From assembly GCA_964634595.1 (NCBI GenBank), contig CAZWKU010000002.1, forward strand, positions 4,070-68,069: a stretch of 64,000 bases of DNA. The letters are read 5' to 3'. The notes under the pieces are model-generated. The model saw only the letters and a program-made list of their open reading frames with translations. It had not been told where the DNA came from and did not search any database. The stretch's first letter is position 1. The number at the start of each line of letters is the position of its first letter. This document shows, piece by piece, positions 21,588 through 30,649 of this stretch. The translations under genes were made by a program, and so were the position numbers. The DNA comes from an uncultured Candidatus Saccharibacteria bacterium (GTDB lineage: Bacteria; Patescibacteriota; Minisyncoccia; Phycocordibacterales; Phycocordibacteraceae).

Positions 21588-22168
21588 AGCGACAGCGTGT
21601 AGGTAAGTGCGGGGGCGGCAGCGCGCGAGCTCCAGGCGCTGGTGTCGAGCTTCATATCACGGACTTCGCGCAGGTCGCGGTATTTAAAAAGTCCGTTCTT
21701 GAGCGCGTAGTCATAAAGCTCTTTGGTAAGGCGGACATCGGCGATACAGTACTCGCGCACCTTTCCTACATCGCCCTTTCTCCACCATTCTTGGGCCTTA
21801 AGTCCGTCACCGGTCTTCCCGACGCCAAGCGTCGCTTGCGCTATCGAATCAAGACGCAGGCGTCGCCCAAGGGTGCGATACACCTCGCTTAAGAGATCGA
21901 GAGAGGGTATTTTGCTTAGGTCGCCCGGGTAGTAACGGTTTAAGAGCGGGATATCAAACGTATCTGAATTGTAGCCTATTAAGAGGTCAGCTTTTTCTAG
22001 GAGCGCCCAGAGTTTCGGGAGCTCCTCTTTCGCATACGATTGGTAGGTGTCGGTTAATGAGTCATATGCGGCGACTACGGTTATATCTTGTGCATCAATA
22101 TCGATACGGCCGCGTACCCCCACTCCGTCTTGAGAGATACACTCCACATCAAATACGACATACCGCAT
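21584..22168 (-). CDS. DEDDy-type 3'-5' exonuclease (RNase H-like fold)
   Basis: FDVE, GYNSDTFDIP, YCIADV motifs. Confidence 0.6.
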   Translation of the reverse strand: MRYVVFDVECISQDGVGVRGRIDIDAQDITVVAAYDSLTDTYQSYAKEELPKLWALLEKADLLIGYNSDTFDIPLLNRYYPGDLSKIPSLDLLSEVYRTLGRRLRLDSIAQATLGVGKTGDGLKAQEWWRKGDVGKVREYCIADVRLTKELYDYALKNGLFKYRDLREVRDMKLDTSAWSSRAAAPALTYTLSL

Positions 22169-22175
22169 AGCAAGA

Positions 22176-23429
22176 TTAGGCGGTGCGGATATACTGAGCG
22201 ATATCAGCGCTTGAAAGTGGGCGTTCGGTGCCCGAGGAGAGCTGTTTTACCCGCAGTATGTGAGTTCGACTCTCCTCCTCACCTACGGCCGCAAAATACG
22301 GTATCCCGCGCTTCACAGCCTCTTTAATTTGCTCGCCGAGCGATCGTTTTGATAAATTAAGAAAAACGCGAACACCTTCGTTGCGTAGCGCATCAGCGAC
22401 TTTTTGTGCCCGTGGGAGATCTTCTTCAGTGGGGGTGCCAAGAAAGAGCTCAGGTGCGCTAGCGCTCTTTGGTAGTAGATCATGCACAGTGAGAAAGTCA
22501 GAGAGCGTCACGTCGCCCATACCAAAGCCCACGGCCGGTATCGGGTCACCCCCAAAGAGCGCGACCAGGCCATCGTAGCGGCCGCCCCCAAACAGGGCAC
22601 GCGGATTTTCAGAGCTCGTATCAAATATCTCGAAGACGACACCGGTGTAATACTCAAAGCCACGCACGATTGTACCATCAAAGACAATGTTCGATACGCC
22701 TCGCGCCTTGCACGCGGTGATAAGTGCAGTGAGCTCTTCTTTTTCTTTACTAATGCGCTCATCATTGGTTTCAATGAGGTGCATCGGGTCAGTGGATGCA
22801 ATAGCCGCAAGGCTGGTTTTGAACTCTTCTATTGGCATTTTCGAGCTTCTATCAAGAAGGCGCATGTAGGCTTGCCGCGCTTCAGCGCTCATCCCTGTGG
22901 CTTGGCAGGCGGCCTCGAGCAGGGTGCGTGAGCTAACACGAATTACAAAATCCTGATCTTTTGCACCAAAGGCTGTAAGGAGTGCATGTGCGATAGTAAT
23001 GACCTCAGTATCTGCAGGCACACCCTTCACCCCGAGCAGGTCAACATTGAGTTGGTAGTGCTCACGGAGCCGCCCCCGTTGCGGCCGTTCGTAGCGAAAG
23101 ACGTTAGGGAGCGAGAACCAGCGGAGGGGGAGTGCGAATTCACGGCGTTTGCCGGCGACCATGCGCGCAAGCGTGGGTGTCATCTCGGGCCGGAGCGTGA
23201 CGCGGCGCCCGCCACGATCTTCAAATGTATAGGTTTGCTCGCGAACTATCTCGTCATTTCCCTTGCTCTCGTACAGTTCGGAGCGTTCAAGCGGGGAGGC
23301 GTTGTACTCTTCATAGCCATAGCGCGCGAGGGTGTTGCGCAGTACAGAGAATATCGCCTGCAAGGTCGCCCACTCTTGTGGGTAGAAATCCCGCACACCT
23401 TTATATGCATCGGTTGAGATCTCGCTCAT
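22176..23429 (-). CDS. hisS: Histidine--tRNA ligase
   Basis: Class II aaRS motifs; anticodon-binding C-terminal domain. Confidence 0.9.
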   Translation of the reverse strand: MSEISTDAYKGVRDFYPQEWATLQAIFSVLRNTLARYGYEEYNASPLERSELYESKGNDEIVREQTYTFEDRGGRRVTLRPEMTPTLARMVAGKRREFALPLRWFSLPNVFRYERPQRGRLREHYQLNVDLLGVKGVPADTEVITIAHALLTAFGAKDQDFVIRVSSRTLLEAACQATGMSAEARQAYMRLLDRSSKMPIEEFKTSLAAIASTDPMHLIETNDERISKEKEELTALITACKARGVSNIVFDGTIVRGFEYYTGVVFEIFDTSSENPRALFGGGRYDGLVALFGGDPIPAVGFGMGDVTLSDFLTVHDLLPKSASAPELFLGTPTEEDLPRAQKVADALRNEGVRVFLNLSKRSLGEQIKEAVKRGIPYFAAVGEEESRTHILRVKQLSSGTERPLSSADIAQYIRTA

Positions 23430-23447
23430 TGCACCAGTGTAGCAAAC

Positions 23448-23981
23448 TCAAGCCTCGTGTGCGGCAGGATTATTGGGTACGTACTTGAGGATGGTGTCGC
23501 GCAGGCTCCCTGGGTGTGGTATCCCGCGCATCTTAAATCGCTCAGTGGTGCCCGCACTCTGTACGTGGATATCGCCAATATCAAAGAGCGAGACCAGGAT
23601 ACCCTCGGTGGCGACGGTGACATCTTGCACCCGATTTAAAAGGAGGCTCGAGACTTGGCGGCGAAAGAAACCTTTTTGATTAATATCGACAATACGCATG
23701 TTCGTAAGGATCCACGCATCTAGATAGTAGTCAGTGAAGCGATTAAAGGCACCTATCCATACCAGGAGCCACCATGCACCAAGAAAAAGGCGCGCTTCAG
23801 AGCCAGTGAAATCAAGAGCGGAGAAGGGTTTGAGAACCTCATACATGCCGAAAAGGTTGGGGAGCGCGAGTGGGAGGAGCACCAATATAGCGAAGGGTAA
23901 GAGTTGGAGCGCAAAAATGAACCAGTGCTTGCGGACCTCCTGTAAGACTCTTTCGCCGGCCTCAAGTTCAAATTCTTTCAT
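23448..23981 (-). CDS. Bacterial PH-domain (bPH_2/YdbS-like) membrane protein
   Basis: Two N-terminal TM helices followed by a PH-like domain. Confidence 0.55.
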   Translation of the reverse strand: MKEFELEAGERVLQEVRKHWFIFALQLLPFAILVLLPLALPNLFGMYEVLKPFSALDFTGSEARLFLGAWWLLVWIGAFNRFTDYYLDAWILTNMRIVDINQKGFFRRQVSSLLLNRVQDVTVATEGILVSLFDIGDIHVQSAGTTERFKMRGIPHPGSLRDTILKYVPNNPAAHEA

Positions 23982-24232
23982 GGGAGGTTGGTGGGGAGGC
24001 CGGTCACGGCGTAGCCAATCAGTATGAGCGAGATAACGACATGTGTGGCGAGCACGGGCAGTGCGACTAAGGATCCGTGGCTATAGCGTAGCCAGTGGTA
24101 CGTAACGACGGCAGTGTAGAGCAACCAAAGTACGACAATGCCAATGAGGGCACCCGTGACCAATTCTAATGAGGAGATGTGGAGACCAAAACTCGCGAGT
24201 ATTTCAAGCGGGTTTTTCACGGGACTGCTCAT
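23978..24232 (-). CDS. Small membrane protein, hypothetical
   Basis: Two hydrophobic helices; start overlaps neighbour stop. Confidence 0.35.
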   Translation of the reverse strand: MSSPVKNPLEILASFGLHISSLELVTGALIGIVVLWLLYTAVVTYHWLRYSHGSLVALPVLATHVVISLILIGYAVTGLPTNLP

Positions 24233-24954
24233 TAAGGGTAGGATACCACAATGAGACGGGGGCGCTCGTACTGGTCGTTATGAATCTCCGCAGTAAAACC
24301 TTGCTCCGTAAAAAGCTCACGCGCCGCTGTTGCGTGCAGGCTGTCGCACTCTATCCAAGCATTGCCCCCAGGGGCGAGATGTCGGGAAAGCCGATTGGCA
24401 ATACGCTGAATAACTGCGAGCCCGTCTGCACCCGCACGAAGTGCCAAGGCGGGTTCAAAATCTCTGACACTCGCATCGAGTACACGACTCTCTGGTATAT
24501 AGGGAGGGTTTGCCGCAATCACAGCAAATTGCATGTCAGTAAACGGCGAGAAAAGGTTGCCGATTCTGACGTTTGCGCGCGCTTCGTCTAGATTATTCTC
24601 GCGAATATTTTTCAAAATAGTCGTCTCGTGGGCGGGGTCAATTTCTCCAAAATATACCCTGGTATTCGGGCAGTGTTTAAGGATAGCGCACCCTATCGCC
24701 CCACTCCCCGCGCATAAGTCGAGTATCTTGAGCGGCGCATCAGGCGAAAGGGGCGTTTGTGAAGAAATAGTCTGGCCGACCGAAGGGAGGAGCCCCGAGG
24801 ACTTTTCTGCAACAAATGCCCCTGGCGCCAGCGCCGTAACGAGCTCCTCAGCCCACCACTCTGTCTCAGGGCGGGGGATAAGGGGCCTCGAATCAAGCCA
24901 TATCGTAAGGCCTAAAAATGGCACCCACCCTTCTCGATATGCCTCGGGCTCCAT
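24232..24954 (-). CDS. prmC: Release factor glutamine N5-methyltransferase (HemK/PrmC)
   Basis: SAM motif LDLCAGSGAIG and NPPY catalytic motif. Confidence 0.8.
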   Translation of the reverse strand: MEPEAYREGWVPFLGLTIWLDSRPLIPRPETEWWAEELVTALAPGAFVAEKSSGLLPSVGQTISSQTPLSPDAPLKILDLCAGSGAIGCAILKHCPNTRVYFGEIDPAHETTILKNIRENNLDEARANVRIGNLFSPFTDMQFAVIAANPPYIPESRVLDASVRDFEPALALRAGADGLAVIQRIANRLSRHLAPGGNAWIECDSLHATAARELFTEQGFTAEIHNDQYERPRLIVVSYP

Positions 24955-25017
24955 GTTGTGGAGGCATCATAACAAAAACACTCCTTCAAGGGGAGCGTTT
25001 TTGTTTAGGGGAGAGGA

Positions 25018-25400
25018 TTAATAGCCGCCGCGGCCATAGCCGCCACCGCCACCGTATCCGCCACCACCGCCATAGCCACCGCCACCGCGGTCGCCGTATC
25101 CGCCACCACCGTTTTCACGGCGAGGAGGTCGATCGCCCTGTGGGCGAGCAAAGGGACCGAGAGCGTGCGCCCATCGAGCTCCTTGCCATCCCAACGGTCT
25201 ATTGCCGCTTGAGCCTCTTCAGCAGAGCCCATCTCGACAAAGCCAAAACCGCGTGAGCGGCCAGTCATGCGATCGCTGATAATGCTCGCTGACACGACAT
25301 TACCGGCCTCCGAAAAGGCCTTCTTGAGGTCGTCTTCAGTCGAGCGGTAGGGAATACCGCCCACGTAGAGCTTGTTCCCCTGTACGCTTGCTTGATCCAT
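25018..25400 (-). CDS. RRM-type RNA-binding protein with Gly-rich (GGYGG) tail; apparent -1/+2 frameshift near 25150
   Basis: RNP1 RGFGFVEM and RNP2 LYVGGI. Gly-rich tail QGDRPPRRENGGGGYGDRGGGGYGGGGGY...RGGY ends at TAA 25018-25020 but is in another frame, shifted at CCC/TTT homopolymers. Confidence 0.6.
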
Positions 25401-25686
25401 CTTGTGAACTTAACCGGGTAAGCTCGCCGATACTGAACGCTGTAGGCCCTTTTGGAGCTTGAGCTCACTTATATGCGAGTAGCCTTAATATGCCAGAAAG
25501 TGGCAATAAACACAAGGTTGTCGTTATCCCCATTATAACTATGGGATCGGGGTACCCGAAAAGATGGGGAAGGCAAGAGCGATGGTCGCAAATATCATTA
25601 CCAGTGCGATGGCAATGGCGAACGCCTTCTGTAGACCTTTTTTCATACGTTTCGAATAGTACCATGCCCACTACAATAACAACCAG

Positions 25687-27393
25687 TTAGGGATCAGTAC
25701 GGGTGATCATGTCGCGCTTAATGTCGTCAAAGGTGCCACCGACTTTTTTGCCTGGGTTAAAGATAGCTAAGGGGTCGAATATCTTTTTTGTTTTTACAAA
25801 AAGCTCTGCCATCTGGGGGCCAAAAAGTTTTTCGAGATAGGGAGTGCGGATAATGCCGTCATTGTGCTCACCTGTGGTTGAGCCACCATAGGAGATAACC
25901 AGGTCATATACCTGCGGAGCAAGATCAAGTACTACCTGTCGTACCTCGGGCTTTGCGAGATCCATGAGGGGGATAATATGAAAATTGCCGTTACCGATAT
26001 GCCCGGCGATGGTGTAGATGAAGTGTTCGCGATAGCGCGCCAGGAGCGCGTCAAGTCTCGGTAAGAAGTCGCTGTAGCAGTGGGGTGGCACCACAAAATC
26101 GTCAATAAATGGCGAGGCATACATGCCGTGGAGGTTTTTACGAAGGAGGCGAAAGCTCTCTCGGCGCACTATCCAGAATTTTTCACTCTCCATCTCGTTT
26201 TTTTCGACCTTGGTAGTGAGCTTAAGGTCTGCGAGGATACGCTCTGCCTCGTGTGCCTTGCGGCTCGCCTCCTCACTCGTGGCTTCGGCAAACTCTGCCA
26301 TGAGGATAAGGCGCGGCACCCCGCCCGTGAGCACCAGCTCTGCTTCGGGGATAAATGAGATCCCGAGACGTGCCGCTTTTACCCAGCCCATTTGTGCAAG
26401 CATCTCGGGCAAAAAGCGTACCGCAAGTTTGAATGTCTGGTCGTCGTAGCTCTCAAACGATTCAGGGTGCAGGGGGAGGATGCGCCGCACCACATCGGGG
26501 AGCACGGCAAGCTCGTGTAAAAAGACCACCAGCATCGCCCGATGCTCTTTGGGCCGTACTAAGGAGAGCTTGGCGCGGCTCCAGAGCGCGAGCGTCCCCT
26601 GCGATCCGCAGATAAGCTTTGCCAGGTTAAAACCGTGCTCGCCGGCAATACTCCAGAGCGCGTACCCGGCTGAATTTTTTGAGACCTTGGGGCGTTTGGC
26701 GTTTATGAGTGCTGTGTTTTCGCGAATAAGCGCGTGCATGCCCCGATAGATCTCACCCTCAAGCCCCTTCATGAGCTTTTTTTCATCAAGCTCTTGCGGT
26801 GTCAGAGCTTTAAACGTAGTAACTGTACCGTCGGAGAGTACCACCTCAAGCTCCTCGACATAGCGCTCGGTTTTGCCGTACTCAAGTGTGCGCTCGCCTC
26901 CTGAATTATTTGCCACTATCCCACCCATTGCGGCTATTTCACGCGAGGCAGGATATGAGGGGAGGAGCAACCCCTTTTTGAGCGTCTCTTTTTCGAAATC
27001 GCGATAATACACGCCTGGCTCGGTGACAGCGTATGCGCCCATTGAAGGATCAGCTACTTCGATGACACGGTTCATATGCTCGGTAAACGATGCTACGACT
27101 GAGGTGGTCAGGGGCCCACCGGACATATCGGTGCCCGCGGCGCGCGCGGTGAGTGAGACGTCCTCGCCGACCTCTTTTGCGGCTTTGATGTCTTGCACCA
27201 GTGCAGAGAGCTCGGCAGTATTTTTTGGATAGGCTACCAAAGAGGGTGTGCGAGTAAAGATAGAGGTATCACGCGCAAGCTTTGCACGTACTGCCGCATC
27301 TTCGCTCACCTCACCTTTGTACTGCAAAAAACGCATACCTATAGTATACTCGTGACACTGTATGAAAGAGTATCTTGGGGTAGGGATAATCAT
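25687..27393 (-). CDS. FAD-linked oxidase (GlcD / D-lactate dehydrogenase family)
   Basis: FAD-binding PCMH domain plus C-terminal FAD-oxidase domain. Confidence 0.8.
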   Translation of the reverse strand: MIIPTPRYSFIQCHEYTIGMRFLQYKGEVSEDAAVRAKLARDTSIFTRTPSLVAYPKNTAELSALVQDIKAAKEVGEDVSLTARAAGTDMSGGPLTTSVVASFTEHMNRVIEVADPSMGAYAVTEPGVYYRDFEKETLKKGLLLPSYPASREIAAMGGIVANNSGGERTLEYGKTERYVEELEVVLSDGTVTTFKALTPQELDEKKLMKGLEGEIYRGMHALIRENTALINAKRPKVSKNSAGYALWSIAGEHGFNLAKLICGSQGTLALWSRAKLSLVRPKEHRAMLVVFLHELAVLPDVVRRILPLHPESFESYDDQTFKLAVRFLPEMLAQMGWVKAARLGISFIPEAELVLTGGVPRLILMAEFAEATSEEASRKAHEAERILADLKLTTKVEKNEMESEKFWIVRRESFRLLRKNLHGMYASPFIDDFVVPPHCYSDFLPRLDALLARYREHFIYTIAGHIGNGNFHIIPLMDLAKPEVRQVVLDLAPQVYDLVISYGGSTTGEHNDGIIRTPYLEKLFGPQMAELFVKTKKIFDPLAIFNPGKKVGGTFDDIKRDMITRTDP

Positions 27394-27850
27394 GGTGCTT
27401 CTTGCGGCAATAGTGGGGGGTGCGGTGCTCCTTATGACGCAAGCAGAGCGGCGCTATGAGAACATGTCGAGTCGTGAAATGGCGTCCCTTTGTATCACAC
27501 ATGCAAATCTCGCACTCCATATTCACCCACATCTCACCATCAAAATTAATGGTGTTGCGGAGGCGATACAGGCAAATATCGGTATTACCCCCGAATGTAT
27601 GCGCACACTCCATACACATGACCCCGACGGCAAGATACACATTGAGGGGCCGGTTGCGAAAGAATTTACCCTAGGGGATTTCTTTTTTGTGTGGGATAAG
27701 CCCTTCAGCAAGGACGAGATACTGGGCTACAAAGCCGATGCGACACACGCGGTCAGTATGACCGTCAATGGTACACCCGTTGATACCTTTGAGAATACGA
27801 TTTTGAAAGATCTCGACGCTATCGTGATCTCTTACGATAAGAAACCATAG
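27362..27850 (+). CDS. Hypothetical membrane-anchored protein
   Basis: N-terminal TM helix; no recognisable domain. Confidence 0.4.
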   Translation: MKEYLGVGIIMVLLAAIVGGAVLLMTQAERRYENMSSREMASLCITHANLALHIHPHLTIKINGVAEAIQANIGITPECMRTLHTHDPDGKIHIEGPVAKEFTLGDFFFVWDKPFSKDEILGYKADATHAVSMTVNGTPVDTFENTILKDLDAIVISYDKKP

Positions 27851-27875
27851 GCAGGGTGCGGGGCTTCACCGTACA

Positions 27876-28556
27876 ATGAGGGGTATGCATACTAAGCTCG
27901 CGGTAATGCTTGCTTGCGTGGTAATGGGAGTCGTTGCCGTGCTATGGCTCTGGCCTTTTGCTGAGAGCGGGGGAGAGGTAAGTAAAGCACCTGGGCCAGT
28001 GCCGACCGTCGTGCTCCCTAAGAGCAAGATAGGCTTTCGCTATGACACTGTGCTCTATCTGTTTGCTAAGGCGGGTGAGTCTCTTGCGAGCGACAGCGTG
28101 ATACCGCCCTGTGACGAAAGCTTTGAGTACTGTATCTACCGCACCAGCGAAGGATATGCAGGGACCAATTTTTCGACGGCGGGCCTGCGTATAACTCAGC
28201 GCACCGACCTCACCGAAGAGGAGGCGTGTACCGGTACCGAACCCGCGGGGTATAGCGGGCTTGCGGTAAAGCGGCGAGGCGGTGAAGGGTATAGTGTCTC
28301 GGTATTTGGGCCGCGTACCGGCGCCGCGGCTGGTCAGCGCAGTTTTAGTGCCGTCTACCGCTTGTTTACGAAGGGTTACTGCTATGAATTCGAGGCCCGA
28401 GTAGCAGAATCGCAATTTGAAAATTATCCGGCAGGTACCATAGAGCGTTTTACTTCGGCTGAAAGAGAGATCGTATATAGTGGGCTGGTTGATATTTTAA
28501 CGACCACCTCACGCGAAGGCTCCTCAGTGCCCATTGTGTACCCGTCACTTGATTAG
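27876..28556 (+). CDS. Hypothetical secreted/membrane-anchored protein
   Basis: Signal-anchor-like N-terminus. Confidence 0.4.
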   Translation: MRGMHTKLAVMLACVVMGVVAVLWLWPFAESGGEVSKAPGPVPTVVLPKSKIGFRYDTVLYLFAKAGESLASDSVIPPCDESFEYCIYRTSEGYAGTNFSTAGLRITQRTDLTEEEACTGTEPAGYSGLAVKRRGGEGYSVSVFGPRTGAAAGQRSFSAVYRLFTKGYCYEFEARVAESQFENYPAGTIERFTSAEREIVYSGLVDILTTTSREGSSVPIVYPSLD

Positions 28557-28567
28557 GAGTAATAACA

Positions 28568-28599
28568 CAACCCCGCGTCGCGCGGGGTTGTGTGTTTTG
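28568..28599. terminator. Bidirectional terminator (CAACCCCGCG...CGCGGGGTTG)
   Basis: Perfect GC hairpin between convergent genes. Confidence 0.5.
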
Positions 28600-28615
28600 A
28601 AGACTCTGCCCGTGG

Positions 28616-29041
28616 TTAGCGACGCTTGAAGTGGTTGGTGAAGTGGAAGCACGAGTACGCAAGGTATGCGGTAATAGCGATGCCGATCCAGGAGATCCAA
28701 TTAGGCACCATAAAGTCGCCAAGCCACAAATGTGTGCCAAAGGCCAGCTGGGCAAGGTGCCCTATCGCCATGAGGAGGAAGATGAACCCTGCAATGATAA
28801 GCAGAGTCTTTTCTGAAGGCGATTGTATAGGGAGCTTCATGTTCCATGCGAAGTGGATCAAGATAAGGAGGAGTGCAATATCAAAAACGAGTATCATAGG
28901 CACCATGTCGTCGGTCCATCTGACCCCGAGCAAGGTCATCGGGAGTAGGCCGGCGGCTGAATACCAGACGGTGGTGATAATATCTGCGACCACGAGGCCG
29001 ACGCCTATCTTGGCTATCTCGCGGAGTGTTGCATGGCTCAT
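28616..29041 (-). CDS. Integral membrane protein, hypothetical
   Basis: 4 predicted TM helices. Confidence 0.45.
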   Translation of the reverse strand: MSHATLREIAKIGVGLVVADIITTVWYSAAGLLPMTLLGVRWTDDMVPMILVFDIALLLILIHFAWNMKLPIQSPSEKTLLIIAGFIFLLMAIGHLAQLAFGTHLWLGDFMVPNWISWIGIAITAYLAYSCFHFTNHFKRR

Positions 29042-29158
29042 AGGTAAATAAAGAGCATAGGTTAATGGATAAAAGGCGCGGACAACGCCAATACTCTCTA
29101 GTATCGCATCACCACCCTTGCTTTTTGCAGAAAACAGTACCCCCCTGTGAATAACCTT

Positions 29159-29905
29159 TTATATTGCAATGAGAGATGCAATGAAAAAAGCAGTCTCATT
29201 CGGATCTTTCACCGCATGGGTTTTAATGGGTGTAGTACGTGCGGGTGCGTCGTTGCCACCGGGCTCAAGCTCGTCACCGACATAGAGCATCTCTGCGACA
29301 GAGAGTGCGAGGTGCTCGGCGAGTCGCCGAATACCAAAAGCCTTATCAACTCCCTTTTTGGTGATGTCGATAGAGGTTGAGCCACCCATGCCAACAGAAT
29401 ATGTAGGGAGGCGTAATGAAAGCTCTTTTTGCAGTGCTTGCCGCTTGGTTTTGTCAGGATCCCACGCTTGCTTTTTATCGAGGGGGGCGAGTTGCCCAAG
29501 CGCAGAGAGCGTTACCTCGCTCCCACGGTCTTCGATACGCTCGCCATAGGCGGGTTTAGAAAAGTCAATAACGCCTGTCTCTTTTGAAACTGCAAGAATC
29601 GCGGCTTTAATCTCTGCTACCTCTTCGGGCGTGAGACGCTCCTCGTATACCTGGCTCCACGAGCCGCCTCGCCACTCATAAAGCGCGGCGCCTGAAGTGG
29701 GGAGTAGGTAGAGGCTCGCAAGCTTCGCGTTTGGGGGGAGTGTGTCAACCACTTGTTTTAGAAATTGCGGCAGTGCGCCCCCCGAGATAACTGCAACTTT
29801 AGTACGTAAAAGCAATTTTGCCACCAACTCAGCCATCTGGGGCGTGAGAGCCTGCTTGCTTTCAGCAAGCGTTTGGTCTAAGTCAAACATAATCACGGGC
29901 GGCAT
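29159..29905 (-). CDS. Phosphomannomutase, HAD-type (eukaryotic PMM/Sec53-like)
   Basis: FDLDQTL HAD motif I; C-terminal YVGDELEPGGNDAP (compare eukaryotic PMM GDKTMPGGNDHEI). Confidence 0.65.
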   Translation of the reverse strand: MPPVIMFDLDQTLAESKQALTPQMAELVAKLLLRTKVAVISGGALPQFLKQVVDTLPPNAKLASLYLLPTSGAALYEWRGGSWSQVYEERLTPEEVAEIKAAILAVSKETGVIDFSKPAYGERIEDRGSEVTLSALGQLAPLDKKQAWDPDKTKRQALQKELSLRLPTYSVGMGGSTSIDITKKGVDKAFGIRRLAEHLALSVAEMLYVGDELEPGGNDAPARTTPIKTHAVKDPNETAFFIASLIAI

Positions 29906-29912
29906 GTGTTTA

Positions 29913-30158
29913 TTATAGCCCTTCGATTTTCTGATTGTAGCGGTTTTCGAGTTGCTGTTTGGCTCCTCGTGCAGAGTCTATAGCCTCAAGCTGACCCGGT
30001 ATGCTTGTGGGCGCAACAAGGGTATCTATAAGTGCAGGAGCAACGATTTTTGGTGTAAACAAGTCGCTTCGCCAGGCAAAAAGCCCAATAAGCGCTAGCG
30101 ATAGAATGAGAGCCAATAGCCCCACAAACCCACGCCTATACTGCAATTTCATACACAC
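29913..30158 (-). CDS. Small membrane protein, hypothetical
   Basis: One TM helix. Confidence 0.3.
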   Translation of the reverse strand: MCMKLQYRRGFVGLLALILSLALIGLFAWRSDLFTPKIVAPALIDTLVAPTSIPGQLEAIDSARGAKQQLENRYNQKIEGL

Positions 30159-30181
30159 AACTCTAGCATGTGCATTGCTCT

Positions 30182-30646
30182 CTATTTACCGGAGTTCTTT
30201 TTGATGTGTGCAATAAACGGAGAGGCAAGGAGTTGTTTCCAGGGGAAGAAAAGTGGTTTTGGGAGAGATGCGAAATCACGCCAATCTAGATCGATATATT
30301 TATTAGGCTCGGTGATGTGTGGAGTGCCGCTCTTATATTCAGAGAGCATCCACACCGTAAGATAGTGTTTGCCGTCTCTTCTAAAGAAATCGTTTGTTAT
30401 AGCGCCAAAGCGAATATTTTTTATGTGTACTCCCGTTTCTTCTTTTGCTTCACGGGCCGCCGTCTGTGCAGGAGACTCACCAAACTCCTGATGCCCACCA
30501 GGAACAGACCATGTACCAGAACCGTGTGCGCCTTTGCGTTTGCCCATTAAAAATCTACTGTCTCTAAAAATAAAAATGCCAACCCCGACCCGTACCTGTG
30601 GTTTTGCCACCTCCTTTTTCTTCTTCATGCGCCCCCATAATACCAC
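30182..30646 (-). CDS. NUDIX hydrolase
   Basis: Nudix box GGHQEFGESPAQTAAREAKEETG. Confidence 0.8.
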   Translation of the reverse strand: MVLWGRMKKKKEVAKPQVRVGVGIFIFRDSRFLMGKRKGAHGSGTWSVPGGHQEFGESPAQTAAREAKEETGVHIKNIRFGAITNDFFRRDGKHYLTVWMLSEYKSGTPHITEPNKYIDLDWRDFASLPKPLFFPWKQLLASPFIAHIKKNSGK

Positions 30647-30649
30647 ATC

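Noticed and set aside
24918-25256. His/Arg-rich ORF (HSRHRHRIRHHRHSHRHRGRR)
   Set aside because: It is the antisense reading of the GGYGG-coding tail of the RRM protein gene.
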